Part shown: one piece after another, positions 50,091 through 62,975 of the stretch
Layout of the letters: each line of letters starts with the position of its first letter
How positions within the stretch are numbered: position 1 is the first letter of the stretch
Assembly (NCBI RefSeq): GCF_006345805.1
Contig: NC_043006.1
Span: 49,414,001-49,478,000 of the forward strand
DNA length: 64,000 nucleotides
Direction of reading: 5' to 3'
Source of the DNA: Octopus sinensis
Taxonomy: Eukaryota
Position numbers and translations under genes: made by a program
The notes under the pieces: generated by a model
The model's database searches: none
What the model was told of the DNA's origin: nothing
The model's input: only the letters and a program-made list of their open reading frames with translations

Positions 50091-51013
50091 TTTATCCTTT
50101 TGTTATAATATCATTCTTAATAATCTTCTTGACAACCCTAAATTTTAACTTTATACAATATGGCAATATTGTTTGAAATGGCTTTTAAAAATTACTTGAT
50201 TTATCCCTTTCTTAACGTGTTCTACCCTCCTGATCTTAGTATTTAAAAGGGCCTTTATATAAGTAGCCCTTCTAATTAAGTACCTCTAAGAAACTATAAC
50301 TATCATGTATGGAGTAACACTAATAACTTCTAAAATCTATAATATACCTCTTAGTTTTATAATTAGTATATAATTAGAATGTCCTATAACATCAATATTC
50401 CTTTAGCTAATATTCCTTTAGGTATCAGTTCTTATTAATGCTAGCTAAATAAGTAAATAAATAATTTTTAGTTTAAGATACTTAAATCATTATATATTTT
50501 CTATAAGTCTTCTCTATTGATGTTAATAAGGTATATATACTTTATCATGTTTTTAGTGATTAAGCTATTTTATTCCTTTTCTATGGTGTTCTGCCCTACT
50601 TGATTATTTTATTATTTTATTATTTTATAATAGCCTTTATTTATTTATAAAATAAATCTAATTTTTGTACCCCTATAAATTCATACTTAGCTTATATAAA
50701 ACAATACTGGTATAATCACTGCTTAAAATAAACTGCTTAAATTAACATACAGTTAGATTATAAATACAGTTAGCATGCTCTTTTACCTCAGTACTCCTTT
50801 ATTAAATACCAGTAAATACCAATTGATCAATCTTCACAGATACCATCTAATAAGTTAGTATTTAAGTATATAATATGTATAAATATTAAACTATTTCTAG
50901 ATAATTACTCAAAAGTATTCAAAAAACTTTTTATCCCTTTGTTATAATATTCTTCTTAATAATTTTCTGAATGACCCTAAATTTTAACTTTAGAAAATAT
51001 GACAATATTGTTT
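50091..51013. repeat. Pair of ~85-bp direct repeats (50091-50174, 50928-51013) enclosing a TpA-rich segment
   Basis: ttttatcc(c)tttgttataat..cttaataat..accctaaattttaactt..aatat..caatattgttt occurs twice. Confidence 0.85.
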
Positions 51014-51705
51014 ATGAGCAAGGCATTTCATTTCACGTTGCTCCAGTTCACTCAGCTGGCAAAAATGAGTTGTACATGTATTTCAAAAAAGGGCCAGCCT
51101 TGTCACATTCTGTGTCACTCTGAATTTCCTTGAGAATTACGAGCAGGATGTTCCGTTGATCGGATCAACTGGAACCCCCGTCGTCGTAATCGGCGGAATG
51201 CCAGTTATATAAGTATGTATGTATGTATGTATGTATGTATGTATGTATGTATGTATGTATGTATGTATGTATGTATGTATGCATGTATGCATGAATGTAT
51301 GTATGTATTTATGTATGTGTGCATGTATGTATGTATGTATGTATGTATGTATGTATGTACGTACGTATGTGTGAAGGCGCTTGGCTTAGTAACTAGGACA
51401 ACTTGTAACTACATAAACACCTACAATTAGCGAAAGCATGGGAGATGTAACTAAGCTATGCATGCTAACAGGCGATAGCTGCCAGAACAATACGTATACA
51501 CGCAACAGATTGACTACTATAGCAATGCTATCTTGTGTATGGAAAACAGCTTTTCATATAACCACACTTCAGAGTAGAGAAGTCGGCTCAAAATGCCATA
51601 TCCGCGAGATTTCATGAAGAAGGGGTCCTAATCTCAAAAATTACAAACTATCGACATGGATTTTTTTCTTATAACTTGCATTATTTTGGCTTTAAAAAGA
51701 ATTAA

Positions 51706-51779
<74 letters not shown>

Positions 51780-52033
51780 TCAACTGGGAGTGTGGGCTAG
51801 TGGCTAAGGTGTTGCATTCACGATCGTTAGATCACGGGTTCAATTGTCGGATTGGGTGGCCCGTTGAATTTTTGAGCAAAGCATTTCATTTCACGTTGCT
51901 CCAGTTTACTCAGCTGCAAATAGTCTTCCGATCAGTGGGGAATGTTGGCCTGTTCACCTAACCAGCAGGGTGGCATCATTTGAAAGCTAGAACAATGCGA
52001 AGCGCATTGTGAACAGCGATGTATAATAACATC

Positions 52034-52109
<76 letters not shown>

Positions 52110-52543
52110 ATGGAGTAAGTGGAGCAAGAACACTCGCTGAAGAGGTTACAGATGTCTGACGAAAGATTTCCGGACAATAGGCAAAAGTTAAAATATTAAA
52201 ATAAGAACAGTAATAAACGAGTGAAGAAAAAATATAAAGTGCATTTGAATATTAGGCAAAAAAGACCATCCCGTGTATTTGTATTTGTGTACCATTTCTC
52301 GGTTTTTTCCGCCCTTGTTTTTGTATACATTCGCTACTCTCTTCCAAGGAATCTAGTGCTCTTAACTTAGTTTTTCCTTGGGGCTGGCCAGATTAGAGTA
52401 ATCACGAGTATAACCAGCCGAAATTGCAAAGATAATCTGAAACTCGACTGAGGAGAAAAAACTTCGAATGACCCATCCGTGTTTTTTCTTGTCCCTTTTT
52501 GTATCGTCTGGACGTTTTGCGTTCTTGTCCCATTTTTTGTATT

Positions 52544-53048
<505 letters not shown>

Positions 53049-53166
53049 TAACACACACACATTAATACATATACATACACACATACACACATGTATGTAT
53101 GGATGGATGTATGTATGTATATATGTACATCTGTCCACTTCTTGCCATATTTTTATCCTTCACTTC

Positions 53167-53246
<80 letters not shown>

Positions 53247-53820
53247 ACACACTCACACACTCACACACACGCACGCACCTTCTTAGCTTACAATATTCTT
53301 TCAACAATTGACAACTGAAGTACGCTCGCAAATTAATACTACGAAAACTTAGCGACAGAAAGTAAATTACAAACCAATTTACCTTTTCTGTTGAGTTATC
53401 ATTCTAATTCGACCGTCTGATTTCCTTAAATCCGTCTCTTTTCTTCAACTGAACTTAGTTCCTATCGTTTCTTAAAGTCCTTTGTGAAATCTAGGAGAAT
53501 TTTTTTTGTGTTATTTCTCGAGAAAGTTTTGTTTCCTCGACACTAAAAACTAACGAGAAGTAGACAACAGTCCCAGTACAATTGGTGTAATAGTGTAACT
53601 CATAATGTGAGCGGCTAGCATCTACTCACCATATGTCAGTGAATTGTTGCTGTGTGTTTGCAAATGTGTTCGAATGAGAAAGTGAATTGTGTTTGGCGCC
53701 TTTTTTACTAATAACAAATACACACGTGTGTGTGTGTGTTTGAGTGTTTGTATGTAGTTGTTTGAAACGTTTGTGTTTGTCACTGTCATATATGTATATG
53801 TTTGCGTGTCTATGTGTGTA

Positions 53821-54265
53821 AAGAGAAAGTAGGAGAAAGTGTGGTAATAGGCGGAGTAAAGCCTTTGAAGTGAGAGAGGGAAATCGTAAAATATTGAGTT
53901 TTCTCGAATTTTTGCTTAATTGGGGGTCAAATTGAAAGAAATTTATATGCCATGACCGAATAGAATGTACTTTGAAAAATCATAGGTAAATTCCAATTGA
54001 AGAAATTGTGTGAGGAGTAAATCGTTATGTATTTATTTGTTTCTGTTTGCTCTGTATTTTTTTGGTTTAAGGTACACTTGCAAAGAGAAAGTAGGAGAAA
54101 GTGTGGTAATAGCAGGAGTGAAGCAGTTAAAATTAGAGAGGCAAATCGTAAAATATTTACTTTTCTCGAATTTTTGCTCAATTGGGGGTCAAATTGAAAA
54201 AAACTTTATATGCCATGACCTAATCGAATCTACTTCGAAAAATCATAGGTAAATTCCAATTGAAG
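53821..54265. repeat. Diverged tandem duplication (period ~262 bp) inside a Helitron-like repeat
   Basis: aagagaaagtaggagaaagtgtggtaatag..aattgggggtcaaattgaaa..gaaaaatcataggtaaattccaattgaagaa starts at 53821 and 54083. Confidence 0.85.
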
Positions 54266-55562
54266 AATTTCTATATTGTAGAATTGTATTAAAAACGAAC
54301 ATGGTAACAGGCAGAGAAAATCTGCCTTTTATCATAAGAGATATATACACACATATAAATGATTTTGTTCAACATATTCTCCTCTCAGATTCATATACTT
54401 ATTGTAGGTCCTTCAGTGTTTGTAAGCCCTGCAAAAGAACTTAGAAGGCCTGGCGTCCAACCAGGTCTTTCGCAACACCTTTAAAGTCAGAAACTTTTCA
54501 GTACTCCTTTGTATATATAGATATATAAATTCACACACACACAAATGCACTTTTCATTCTATTTTGTGATTGGCAAACATATCTAGAAGAAAACGGCCTT
54601 ATATGAAGGATCGATAACATTGTATACGCATCAGTGCAATAACAAGAATTTTTAAAAAACTATTACTGAGTTTATTTTTACTTTATATTTATATATATTT
54701 TCTATTTCATTTAATTATCATTTCTAATCTTTCACTAAACCTTTTATGTTGTTTTACGTATTCTCAATAATAATGCTCTGTTAAAGATTTTTCAATGTTG
54801 AACTATTTATAAATGTTCTGAATTTTCAGTAACCTCTCATTAAAAAAATATATCTTACTTTAGTATTTATATTCAATTGTTTATTTTAAATTCTTATTTA
54901 ATTTTAAACTATATATTTTTTCTATTAAAAAAAATTTTTTTTATATTTTTATGTTTTTGTGGCTTCTTTAACTTTGAGTCATAAATAAATGTTGATTTCC
55001 GATGTTTATTCTATTTTGGACCCCAGATGGGATACAATAATTATTGAAGAAATATTAGCTTTAAGGCGATACATTTTTAATAAAAGGACAGTCATACATA
55101 CATACATACATACATACATACATACATACATACATACATACAAACATACACACATACATACATAAGCAGATATATATATTCATACATACATACTTACCCA
55201 TATACATACGTACATATACCTACATACGCAAACACAAACACACAAATACATATACATACATACTTATACATATATACATACATACATAGCCATAAACATA
55301 CGTACATATGTGTAAATACACAAACACATACATACATACATATATAAATACATATACACACATGTATATGTATGTATACAAAAAATAATTTATGTTGGGA
55401 TATGCATAAATATTTACTCTCACTCACATGTATATAAACTCACACAAGTTTATCTCTATAAATATACATACGTATATATACGTGTGTGTGTGTATGTGTG
55501 TGTGTATGTGTGTGTGTGTGTGTATGTGTGTGTGTGCGCGCGCGCCGTTCTACACACACGCA

Positions 55563-55643
55563 TATATATATCACTGTCACTGTATCGACCAGACTAGTGA
55601 ATGTATATATATCACTGTCACTGTATCGACCAGACTAGTGAAT
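55563..55643. repeat. Perfect 41-bp tandem duplication
   Basis: tatatatatcactgtcactgtatcgaccagactagtgaat twice. Confidence 0.9.
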
Positions 55644-57226
55644 ACACCGCTGGCCACAATGCGCTTCTTCGCAATGGTGAAGCCTTCTAACGAAACCATC
55701 CCGCTGACGAGGTGGATAGGCTTGTTTCCCTTTGAATGGAATACCAGTCCGTCGCAGGGTTATTCATTTACGGCTGAGTGAACTGGAGTAGCGGAAAATG
55801 AGGTGTTTTGCTTAAGTATACAACACAGCGCCGGTGTGGGAGTCGAAAGCAGGACTTTGTGATCGTTTGTGCAACAACCTAACCACTAGATCATGTGTCA
55901 TCGCAATGACAATTAAGACATACATATGCATTTGCATATATTTATATCAATATTTATATGTGTGTGGACAATGTAAAAAAATAAAGGTGAGGATGATTAC
56001 AGCTGAAACACCTTTGGCAACAGATCTACTTGATCACGACTGACATGGGGCTGAACAAACATCACCACCACTACCACCATCATCACCGTCGCCGCCACCA
56101 CCAATACCACCACCACCGCCACCACCACCACTACTACTACTACTGAGGAAGGCGATGTTGTAATGCAGTCTCTACGCCGTTTTTGGAACAGCTCGGAAAA
56201 GCAGGCAAATATCCCTGAAACTACATCTCATCCATTCCACCACAAAGTACCCAATGGTTAATGTGTAATCCGGCATAGCCTGTCTGAATAAAAGATGGGT
56301 CGGTCATATCCTCAATGCCTTTGGACGTCGGCCTAGTAGATAAGGAATGGCAGTGGTCAAACAATAGCAAAAACAACACATGTAGAGGCGCAATGACCCA
56401 GCGGTTAGGGCAGCGGACTCGCGGTCGTAAGAACGCGGTTTCGATTCCCAGACCGGGCATTGTGAGTGTTTATTGAGCAAAAACACCTAAGCTCCACGAG
56501 GATCCGGCGGCGGTGTGAACCCCGCTGTACTCTTTCACCACAACTTTCTTCCTACTTCTGCCACAAAGTAGAGGAACCATGGTGTAACCCACTATGGTGT
56601 GGTAAACTTTCAGACCCTAGTCTAGATTGCGAATACTCTGTACCCCAGGATGGTACAGTTCTCTACTCGTTAAAAGCCACCGTTTACGGAATGAGGATAA
56701 CAACGTAGCTTTCGCGCCCGTGCAGCCGCCAGTCTATCGCGTGTGGTGGGCGGATCTTCAAGTTGTCACACGCATTCTTAGTGGCTTAGAGTAGGTTCGA
56801 ATTAGAGACTATTCTTTGTGGCTAATGGCGTGAGTCCTGATTGAAAGAAGAAGAAGAACAACTCATAAAAAAAAATCAAAACAACCTCTTTTCATATTAC
56901 TGGACTTCCGTCAGTTCCGACAACGAGGGCTCCAGTTGATCAACGGAACATCCTGCTGGTGAAATTAATGTGCAAGTGGCTGAGCTTTCCACAGACATGC
57001 ATACCCTTAGCATAGTTCTCAGGGAGATTCAGAGTGACATAGACTGTGACGAGGCAGGTCCTTTGAATTACAAGTAATACTCATTTTTACCATTATTTCA
57101 CAGACTGGAGTAACGTAAAATAATGTCTGTTGCTTAAGGATACAACGTGAAGCCGGGAATTGAACTCACGATCATGAGCCGAATACTCCTAAACAATAAG
57201 CCACGCGCATTCACTCATCTCATATT

Positions 57227-57648
57227 CATTTCTTTATTGCCCACAGGAGGCTAAACACAAAGCGGACAAACAAGGGCAGATAAAGGGATTAAGTCGATTA
57301 CATCGACCCCAGTGCGTAACTGGTACTTATTTAATCGACTCCAAAAGGATGAAAGACAAAGTCGACCTCGGCGGAATTTAAACTCAGAACGTAACGGCAG
57401 ACGAAATACCTATTTCTATTTCTTTACTACCCACAAGGGGCTAAACATAGAAAGGACAAACAAGGACAGACAAACGGATTAAGTCGATTATATCGACCAC
57501 AGTGCGTAACTGGTACTTATTTAATCGACCGCGAAAGGATGAAAGGCAAAGTCGACCTCGGCGGAATTTGAACTCGGTACGTAACGGCAGACGAAATACT
57601 GCTAGGCAGTTCGCCCGGCGTGCTAACTTCTGCCAGCTTGCTGCCCTT
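57227..57648 (-). mobile_element. Dimeric SINE family B with a 16-bp TSD
   Basis: TCACTCATCTCATATT at 57211-57226 and 57649-57664; same monomer junction as 15012-15372. Confidence 0.9.
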
Positions 57649-57695
57649 TCACTCATCTCATATTACTAGCAACATAACAAAAGTTCAACACTTAC

Positions 57696-57846
57696 CCCAT
57701 ACGAACAAGTAGTATCCTATTAAACGTTTTGGTTGTTTAAAAGTAGCAGTAAGTAGACGGTAGAGGTAAAATCCTTCGATGAACATGCAGCTGAAGTTGG
57801 TGTTACGGCAGTATCGTGTTATGAAGTACAGGAACCGGCAGCCAAC
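57696..57846 (-). CDS. Class B1 (secretin family) GPCR, calcitonin/DH31-receptor-like: TM3-ICL2-TM4 exon
   Basis: 151 nt between ttcctcAG and GTAAGT. Encodes VGCRFLYFITRYCRNTNFSCMFIEGFYLYRLLTATFKQPKRLIGYYLFVW, with the TM3 Cys and the MxxEGxYL motif. Upstream exons were not found in the window. Confidence 0.9.
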
Positions 57847-57991
57847 CTGAGGAAAAATAGGAAAGAAAAATTATTCTGTTCAGGACAAAGAAGATTTACA
57901 AATTGATGATTATGAGAAAGTTAAAAATGACCAGAAAGTTCATTATTTACATTATTTACATTCGACGGGTATTTATCCTCATCTTGTCTGT

Positions 57992-58043
57992 TGTTAATAC
58001 AACGTTTCGGCTGAAATACCCTCCGACCTTCATCAGGTGTCTT
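57992..58043 (-). ncRNA. Minimal type I hammerhead ribozyme, canonical core
   Basis: Minus strand: gacac-CTGATGA-a-ggtcggag-ggta-tttcagcc-GAAA-CG-TT-gtatt; stems I and II are partly decayed. Confidence 0.75.
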
Positions 58044-58104
58044 GGGGAAATTTCGAAACTGGGTTTTTTCGATGATATTATTATTATTATTAGTGTTCAG
58101 ATCA

Positions 58105-58171
58105 CTGCTTGGAATCGAACTCGGAATCTTGGGGTTAGTATCCCGCGCTCTTAACCACTACGTCATATGCC
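58105..58171 (-). promoter_or_regulatory. tRNA-derived Pol III internal promoter (A and B boxes) upstream of the hammerhead
   Basis: TGACGTAGTGG (58165-58155) and GTTCGATTCC (58120-58111), with an anticodon-like arm ggg-atactaa-ccc between them. Confidence 0.75.
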
Positions 58172-60469
58172 TGTGGGCAATTATGGAATGAATTTTAGGG
58201 CTTATAAGTCTAATATTTTTCTATCCTTCATTAATACCGGTTACCATATGCTGCTCATATCTACACTCGGTCTGCTTAGGAGGTTGTTGTGTCCTAGCAA
58301 GTTTTTGTTGTTATTTCTGAAAATATAGGGTTTGTTACCGACGCAAAATGTAGCCAAATTAGAAGTGTTATGAAGTCGTTCGATAAAATTCTTTTCAGAT
58401 ATCGATCGGTTTTCTACGCTTGAAGAATAAGTCCGGCATGGGTTATCGTTATCTTTCAACGTTTTAGTGTCGTTAGTAAAGAATCAGTCCAAGACGTTGG
58501 ATTGACGGAATCGTTTGAGTGTCGGATAAAATCCCTCGCACAATGATGATGACTGCAGTAATAATGCTGGTGAGGGCGAATGATGATGGCTTTAGTCAAA
58601 ATTGTGGTACTGGCCTAGGAGGAGTGTTAGGCCATAAACCGATAACATAAATACAAGTGTTCTTGAATACACATGGACAAACATTCATCTTTACTGGCAC
58701 AGACAAGACAAATTTATTAGCACACTTATAGGGTTCATACATGCACTCACTCACTCACTAGGGTTCATACATGCACTCATTCACGCACACTTGCACAAGT
58801 ACAAATGTACATACGGAGTAGACGATATCTCAAAGAACAAACAAATATATAAAGGCAAGCATAATATGTCACAGGTTACGTCATACTGACGGTTTATAAA
58901 AAGAACGAAATAGTGTTATACACGAATTATAACAAATAGAAATTTTAAGAACATCTTGTAAGTAAATAAAAAAATAAATGATATGAATCCTGTATGTTTT
59001 TTTCCTTATTCCTTATTTTCCATTTCAAATTTCTAACCCTGCCTCATAGTATGACAAAACGATTATCTCCCTTGTGTAGAATAAAATCATAATCAAGGAA
59101 AGTATATAAAGAAACGTTAAAAAAGTAGAATGGATAAAAATAGCTAAATAAGGCATGGAAAGTAGAAATATCTTGGCAGAGCACACCCACATTCACACAC
59201 AACATATAGGCTACTGTTTTTACGTTCATATACACCTCATCCTGCTTTCTTTCAACTTCAAAGTTGTATATTAAAAGTTTCTTGACCTTCCTTGTGGTGA
59301 TGTTTTAGTCATAAGGGATCGACATGCTAATTCAAGTTATAGATCTTTAATATTGGTATCTCTTGCGTTTTTATTTTCAGAAATCACTATATTTTCTTCA
59401 CCAGCAATCATTCATCTCTTAATTTGCATTTGTTTACAGTTCATTGAATTCAGTTGTCACAAGTTCACGAGTACTGGCAAGGTGTTTTAACTAGAAATTG
59501 GAAACTTTGTCAAGTCAGAGAGCTCTCTGGCTGAATACAGCTTTTATTGTATCACTGATACTCTTGATTGTTATCTGGAGCCATGCTTGCTGTGTGATTG
59601 TATTTTTCTGATCCTGTTTCTTTCCGACTAACTATAATTCTTGCTGTGTTCCTTATCTCTGCCAAATGCTTTTGTTTCATATTATGCATTGCTTGAACTT
59701 CCGTTCATATTCGTGTGCAATCCAGTGTTATGCATTCGGTAATTTTCCTTTAAATGTTTGAGGTTTTGATTCAATTAGATTTTTCTGAATAAAAATGCTT
59801 ACGCTTTTCGAACACAATTTTGCTGATATTCAATGAAACTTTTCTTTTACTTCTTGGATGTCATTTTTTTTTATCGATTTTATTTTATATTTGTTTTCCT
59901 TCACTTTTCATATCAGACGTCTTCCTTGCGATTTCGCTAGGAATGGATAAGTTTTTTCTAAAGAAGATTGTGGGGAACACACACATGGTTTATTTTCTTC
60001 TTTCTTTTTTCTTAGGTTTGGCTGAGGAGGATTTCATTTTATACTACAATGGTTTCTGCATGTTGATATTCAGGTTCTATTGCGAGAAAATTTCTTACAG
60101 TGGGTTGTCAAGAGAAGAGACGAATGAGTCAGTGGCGCCTGAATAGTTACCAACTATGAAATTAGCTAGTTCTGAGGAACAGAGGGCATTATAATCGCGA
60201 TAGAAAAGGGAGAGAGAAGAAACAGATGCCGGCGAGTCTGGGGCTGCAGTGAGTCCGGGAGTGATTTCATGTAAATTAATCATGAGGTTTACTCATAGCC
60301 TAATCCATAGTTAAAGAAATACCTAATGAGTTTCTTTTCTAAAAACAATAATTAAGAACATTTTGGAAACATGAATAAAAGTGATCAGCCGATTTCTTCA
60401 AAAGCAAGGTGATACACTATTCTTATACATCATCTATTACGTCCCTCGCAATTCAGTTCATTAATTAAA

Positions 60470-60960
60470 GAACTCAGCTTCACTCTAACAAAATTCGCCG
60501 TCTGTCGTCATCCATACATTACAATAACTAACACAGATTATGTCGATGATATCGCTCTTTTCGTAGGCATCATCTAAAAAGTCATTACGCTTTATATAAC
60601 ATTGAAAAGCAGCAGAATTAGTTGTCTTTATGTCAATACCTCAGAGGTTGAATACATCTGCTATAACGTAGAACAATCAAACAAAACCATAGTCGGTCGT
60701 CAAGTAAAAGAGAAGTGTATTAAACCAAAACTGGATTTATAAATACTTAAGATGAGTGAAATAAGCAGTGTAAAAATCTTGAAAACAGAAAAGAAAGAAA
60801 AGTTTGAGAAGTAATTTTACAAGGATATTAGATTAATATTTATAATAGCGCCTAATACAAAATATAAAATTATAGGAATCGATATTGTAGTATGATTACA
60901 TGTTTAACTGAACTCAACTTGTAATAGACTGAAAATGGAAATAATGACTGTATTTAGAAT
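60470..60960 (+). mobile_element. Highly decayed RTE-clade RT remnant
   Basis: RHPYITITNTDYVDDIALF..YNIEKAAE matches the RTE motif ITD.DYADD.ALL..LE.AA. Confidence 0.6.
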
Positions 60961-61679
60961 ACGCTACACAGAATATGACATAAAAAAACTTTAAAACGTA
61001 AAGAAGCATGAAGACCACGTAGGTAACTAGAAAAGCTATTATAAAATATCCACTATAGTTCTCCACACATATCTAGTAAAGAACAATAGAAAAGTAATAG
61101 AAATATAAAAACGACACGAAAAAAACCCTGTTTTCTGTTTCTAAGGATACTGATAAATGCAAAATGCAGGGTGAAATGATATTTAGTTGTGAAGAGAAAA
61201 AGAAACAGAATAAATTATATAAAAATTTTAAAACTAAACAAAAAATGGGGTTTCATAATGCCATTTATATATCCAATGCCTACAGATCCAGTACATGAAA
61301 ATACTGAACTGATAAGGCGGGAAGCTGACGATGTGAGTTACAACACTGGTTGAAAATCGCAGAATTCAAAATAGAGTTGACTGAAGGATTCACAATTCTG
61401 GTATTAAATCGAAGCCTTCTAGTCTGAAGCCACATCAAAAATGTGTAATGAAACAAAACATTGCGTAACTTCTGAATGTGTGGAAATTGGGGAAAACAGC
61501 TGATCGTATCACTTCTGATTAGTTAGTCTTAGACAAGAGACAACACAGCAAGTGGAATGACTTTTAGTACATATAAACTATGCCAGCATAATGAAATTCT
61601 AACAGAAAAAAGAGGTAGTGTAAACATTTGCCAAAAATAGGCCTCAGAGAATGATAAAACAACCGTACTGTTGGAAATG

Positions 61680-61952
61680 TGGAGGCACATGGCCTAGTGG
61701 TTAGAGTAGTGGACTCGCGGGTTCGAATCTCAGACCAGGCGATATGTGTGTTTATGAGCGAAAACACCTAAGCTCCACGCGGCTCCGGCAGAAGGTAATA
61801 GCCAACCTCTGCTGACTCTTTCGCCACAGCTCTTTCTCACTCTTTCTTCCTGCATCTTGCAGATCACCTGCGACGGACCGGCGTCCCGTCCAGGTGGGGA
61901 ACCTATACGCCAAAGAAACCAGGAAACTCGGCCCTAATGAGCCAGGCGTGGC
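61680..61952 (+). mobile_element. tRNA-derived SINE family D (related head at ~56385-56600)
   Basis: TGGCCTAGTGG A box, GGTTCGAATC B box, aaaacacctaagctccacg block, gagcca-ggcg-tggctc 3' hairpin. Confidence 0.7.
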
Positions 61953-62519
61953 TCGAGAAGGAACAAACAACTGTTGGATATACCAATCCTGACAGATTGA
62001 GGGTCAAAGTTAAACAGTCAGATATTATTGACAAGAGCTATAATGGAAGGAAGTGCCTTCGAATGAGTGTTCGAGTCCCAATAGTCGATAACGTAGCTCT
62101 AAAAGGAATGGGGTAAAATACTCCGAAGAAAAAGATTTGGAAATAGAAATATCTTGAATATGGGGACTGACAATAGAAAAAATCCCTGTAAAATACATTA
62201 TTTCATTTTATATATTAGTTGCACAAAGCGAGAATGTCTATTATATCAATCCCAGTGCTCGCCCAGTACTTATTTTATCGATCCCGAAAGGATGAAAGGC
62301 TAAGACGACTCGGAAGATTAAAACGGACGAAATACCGCCAAGCATTTCGTCCAGAATGCTAATGATTCTGCAAGCTTGCTGCATTATATTTTATATTATA
62401 TATTGAACTATATTTTAAATACTAATTTAATGGACCTAAAATATTCCCCCTCAACTTAGGAAAGAAAAAAGGAATGCCGACAAACAAATAATAGTTCAAG
62501 ATTTATTATTGATAAGACT

Positions 62520-62619
62520 ATAGGTGCAGGCAAGGCTATGTCTGCAACTACGTGGCTTCAAGTTCAGCCCTACCGACCGGGTCAGTTAATGCCTTGTAGA
62601 TAAAAACTGTGTGGAAGCC

Positions 62620-62711
<92 letters not shown>

Positions 62712-62975
62712 GTGTGTGTATGTGTGTGTGTGTGTTTGTATGTGTGTGTGTGTGTGGTGTGTGTGTGTGTGTGTATGTGTTTCTGCTTGTTTCTGTACTC
62801 CTCACTATTACCTGACAACCTGTGTTGATTTATGTTCCCGTAATTTAGCGGTCCATTAAAAGAGACTGATGAAGTAAGTACCGGGGGAGATTTGTTCGAC
62901 TAGACCCTTCAAGGTGATGCCCCAGCATGGCCACAGTACAATGATCGAAACAGGTAAAAGATAAAAGATAAAAAG
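62520..62975 (+). mobile_element. Diverged SINE family A copy with an expanded internal microsatellite
   Basis: aagttcagccc B-box remnant, (TA)n(TG)n, ccagcatggccacagtacaatgatcgaaacagg tail. Confidence 0.7.

Noticed and set aside
52375-52480. Hammerhead-like pieces (ggctgg/ccagcc-GAAA and CTGAGGA..GAAT); related minus-strand copy at ~29600-29690 with CTGAAGA
   Set aside because: Core elements are in the wrong order or lack A15.1 and a pairing stem I, so no complete fold could be drawn. Probably a Penelope-related repeat, but not callable as a ribozyme.
58526-58543. Minus-strand LCEGFY resembling the GPCR TM3 motif
   Set aside because: No splice sites, a stop soon after, and the true TM3 exon is at 57696-57846.
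61680-61745. tRNA gene candidates (also 56385-56450 and 58105-58171)
   Set aside because: A and B boxes are present but acceptor stems do not close and the sequences run into SINE bodies; they are SINE heads.
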